18,362 bases of DNA from a metagenome. Positions 1 to 18,362 of the stretch are shown here, in pieces. The notes beneath the pieces were generated by a model that was given only the letters and a program-made list of their open reading frames with translations, did no database searches and had not been told where the DNA came from. Within the stretch, counting starts at the first letter, position 1. Every line of letters starts with the position of its first letter. The position numbers and the translations under genes are program-made. Location: the sequence record k141_71762, one strand, 5' to 3'.

Positions 1-283
1 CCTCCCGCCCCCGCGCCCTCCGCGCCGCTCGCCACCACCATAATTTTCAAAACCTTCCCCGTCCTTTCGTGTTTCGCGAGCACTCGACCGCGCAAATCAA
101 ACCCTCGATCGTCGCCTCGAATCCTCGCGCCGCCGCTCGCGAGCAGCGTCAACCGCCCCGCGGCGACCCCTCGCAGGCCCTCGAACGCGCCTCGCGCGCG
201 CTCCACCAGCGCGCCCACGTCGCCGTCGCTCGGAAACGTCCCCCCGCACCGCTCGACGCCGTATCTCAGCTCGATCGCGACGC

Positions 284-287
<4 letters not shown>
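1..287 (-). CDS. 5' part of a gene running off the left edge; N-terminal ubiquitin-like (Ubl) domain protein, partial
   Basis: Minus-strand ATG at 287-285, then 95 open codons to the window edge (not in the ORF track, which has no stop to close it). Translation is MSVAIELRYGVERCGGTFPSDGDVGALVERARGAFEGLRGVAAGRLTLLASGGARIRGDDRGFDLRGRVLAKHERTGKVLKIMVVASGAEGAGAG. Mostly G/C-ending codons. The beta-beta-alpha pattern, then 'L..GG..I.GDD' and a terminal 'KIMVVAS', resembles USP14/UBFD1-type Ubl domains. It is the first ATG after the in-frame stop at 411-413. Confidence 0.45.
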
Positions 288-1611
<1,324 letters not shown>

Positions 1612-1760
1612 CGTTATTATTAAAAATCACTAAACCTCCATCCGAGACCGTGACATCTTTCATCCATCGCGGCGCGCGGTCGGTCCGTCGGTCGCGCGCG
1701 CGCGGCGTGGTGCTCGCGATCACCACACCGCGATCGATGAGATTCATAGCCACATAATAC

Positions 1761-1787
1761 GACGCAAAAAACGCAAAAAACGCAAAG
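1761..1787 (+). repeat. Tandem 9-mer ACGCAAAAA x3 (last copy degenerate), with a fourth copy at 1832-1840
   Basis: Read directly as acgcaaaaa acgcaaaaa acgcaaag, with gacgcaaaaaacg again at 1831-1843. Located 60-140 nt upstream of the hydrolase ATG (1898) in the most A/T-rich intergenic stretch. Confidence 0.6.
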
Positions 1788-1866
1788 CGCGCGCGACATT
1801 CGGACACATGGCGTATACGTGATCAGTGACGACGCAAAAAACGTATCGCCGCAGCTCGGACGCGAA

Positions 1867-13366
<11,500 letters not shown>

Positions 13367-13583
13367 GGGCGGCGAACTCTCGCACAGCTCAGTGGAACTC
13401 GGAACGCATAACGCGGTTTTTTATAGCGTGTGTGTTCGTGCAAACGAGCCCCGGCTGCATGGTGTCTGTTAGAGACCCACATCAGATAGAAAGCGAATTG
13501 TAAGAGAAATTCGATGCGTAAAAACAACTGAGTGGTGATGTTACAATTCAATATTCGCGCGAAACGCGCTGCCGCCGCCCTAA

Positions 13584-15011
<1,428 letters not shown>

Positions 15012-15314
15012 CGCTCAAAAACGCGTTCGACAGGTTAACGAGCCAATTACGTCGCGTTTACGAGGCGCGCGCGCGCGCGAGGGCGTGCGAACGGTCCGCG
15101 CCGGATCCAACGCGTCCTCGCGAGCGTGTTGGATCGTCCGTGCGCTTCGGCGGACGTCGGCGTCGCCGTGCGCGCTCGTCTGAGGGGGTGCCCGAGGCGC
15201 GCGGTCTGTTTGTTGCCTTGGGCTTCGTTCGGGCTTCGGGACTCGCTCAGACGGGACGGCTTTGAAATCGCTCGAACGAGCGTGGAAGAGTTCGATTTAC
15301 AAACGCTTGAATAG

Positions 15315-18185
<2,871 letters not shown>

Positions 18186-18229
18186 CCCTCGATCGCCGCG
18201 CCCGGCGTCGAAATTCCTCGTCGAGCGGT

Positions 18230-18362
<133 letters not shown>

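Noticed and set aside
13380-13560. A possible C/D-box snoRNA in the PAT1/PDK convergent spacer (TGATGT and CTGA strings)
   Set aside because: The C-box is imperfect (TGATGT rather than TGATGA). There is no terminal stem and no spacing consistent with a guide element, so this is most simply overlapping 3' UTR sequence.

Overview
GC-rich (roughly 60-68% by eye) and very gene-dense. It reads as eukaryotic nuclear DNA, not prokaryotic. Support for this is an intron-containing tRNA-Ala with a Pol III oligo-T terminator, plus genes for PAT1 (mRNA decapping activator) and NEMF/Rqc2 (ribosome quality control), several with organelle-type N-terminal extensions. Composition, near absence of spliceosomal introns and tiny intergenic spacers fit a picoplanktonic prasinophyte (Mamiellophyceae, Micromonas-like), but that is inference only. 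I call 11 complete protein genes, one gene truncated by the left edge, one small Cys-rich ORF and one tRNA. In order they are a Ubl-domain fragment (-), a Cys-rich ORF (-), cyclophilin (+) and an alpha/beta hydrolase (+). Next come a 2OG-Fe(II) oxygenase-like gene (-), tRNA-Ala(CGC) (-), a hypothetical poly-Ser protein (+) and a small plastid-type 2-TM protein (+). The remainder are a PAO-family Rieske oxygenase (-), NEMF (-), PAT1 (+), pyruvate dehydrogenase kinase (-) and a bacterial-type RecD2 helicase (-). Frames were chosen by family motifs and by strong G/C third-position periodicity. The many long Arg/Ala-rich ORFs in the track are antisense or off-frame artefacts of GC richness, and several track ORFs begin at non-ATG codons or run over neighbouring genes, so I trimmed them to ATGs. 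I see no CRISPR array, mobile element, operon or multi-gene defence-like system, so I cannot support a claim of a new system here. The points most worth follow-up: (1) a codon-biased 67-codon metallothionein-like ORF whose TGA overlaps the ATG of the next ORF (ATGA), a candidate bicistronic locus; (2) only 34 nt (82 nt with the alternative start) between the NEMF stop and the next same-strand start; (3) a RecD2 helicase with an N-terminal extension in a eukaryotic context; (4) a cyclophilin whose conserved first strand has no in-frame ATG; (5) NEMF and PAT1 head-to-head across a 277-bp (GACGC)n-rich spacer.
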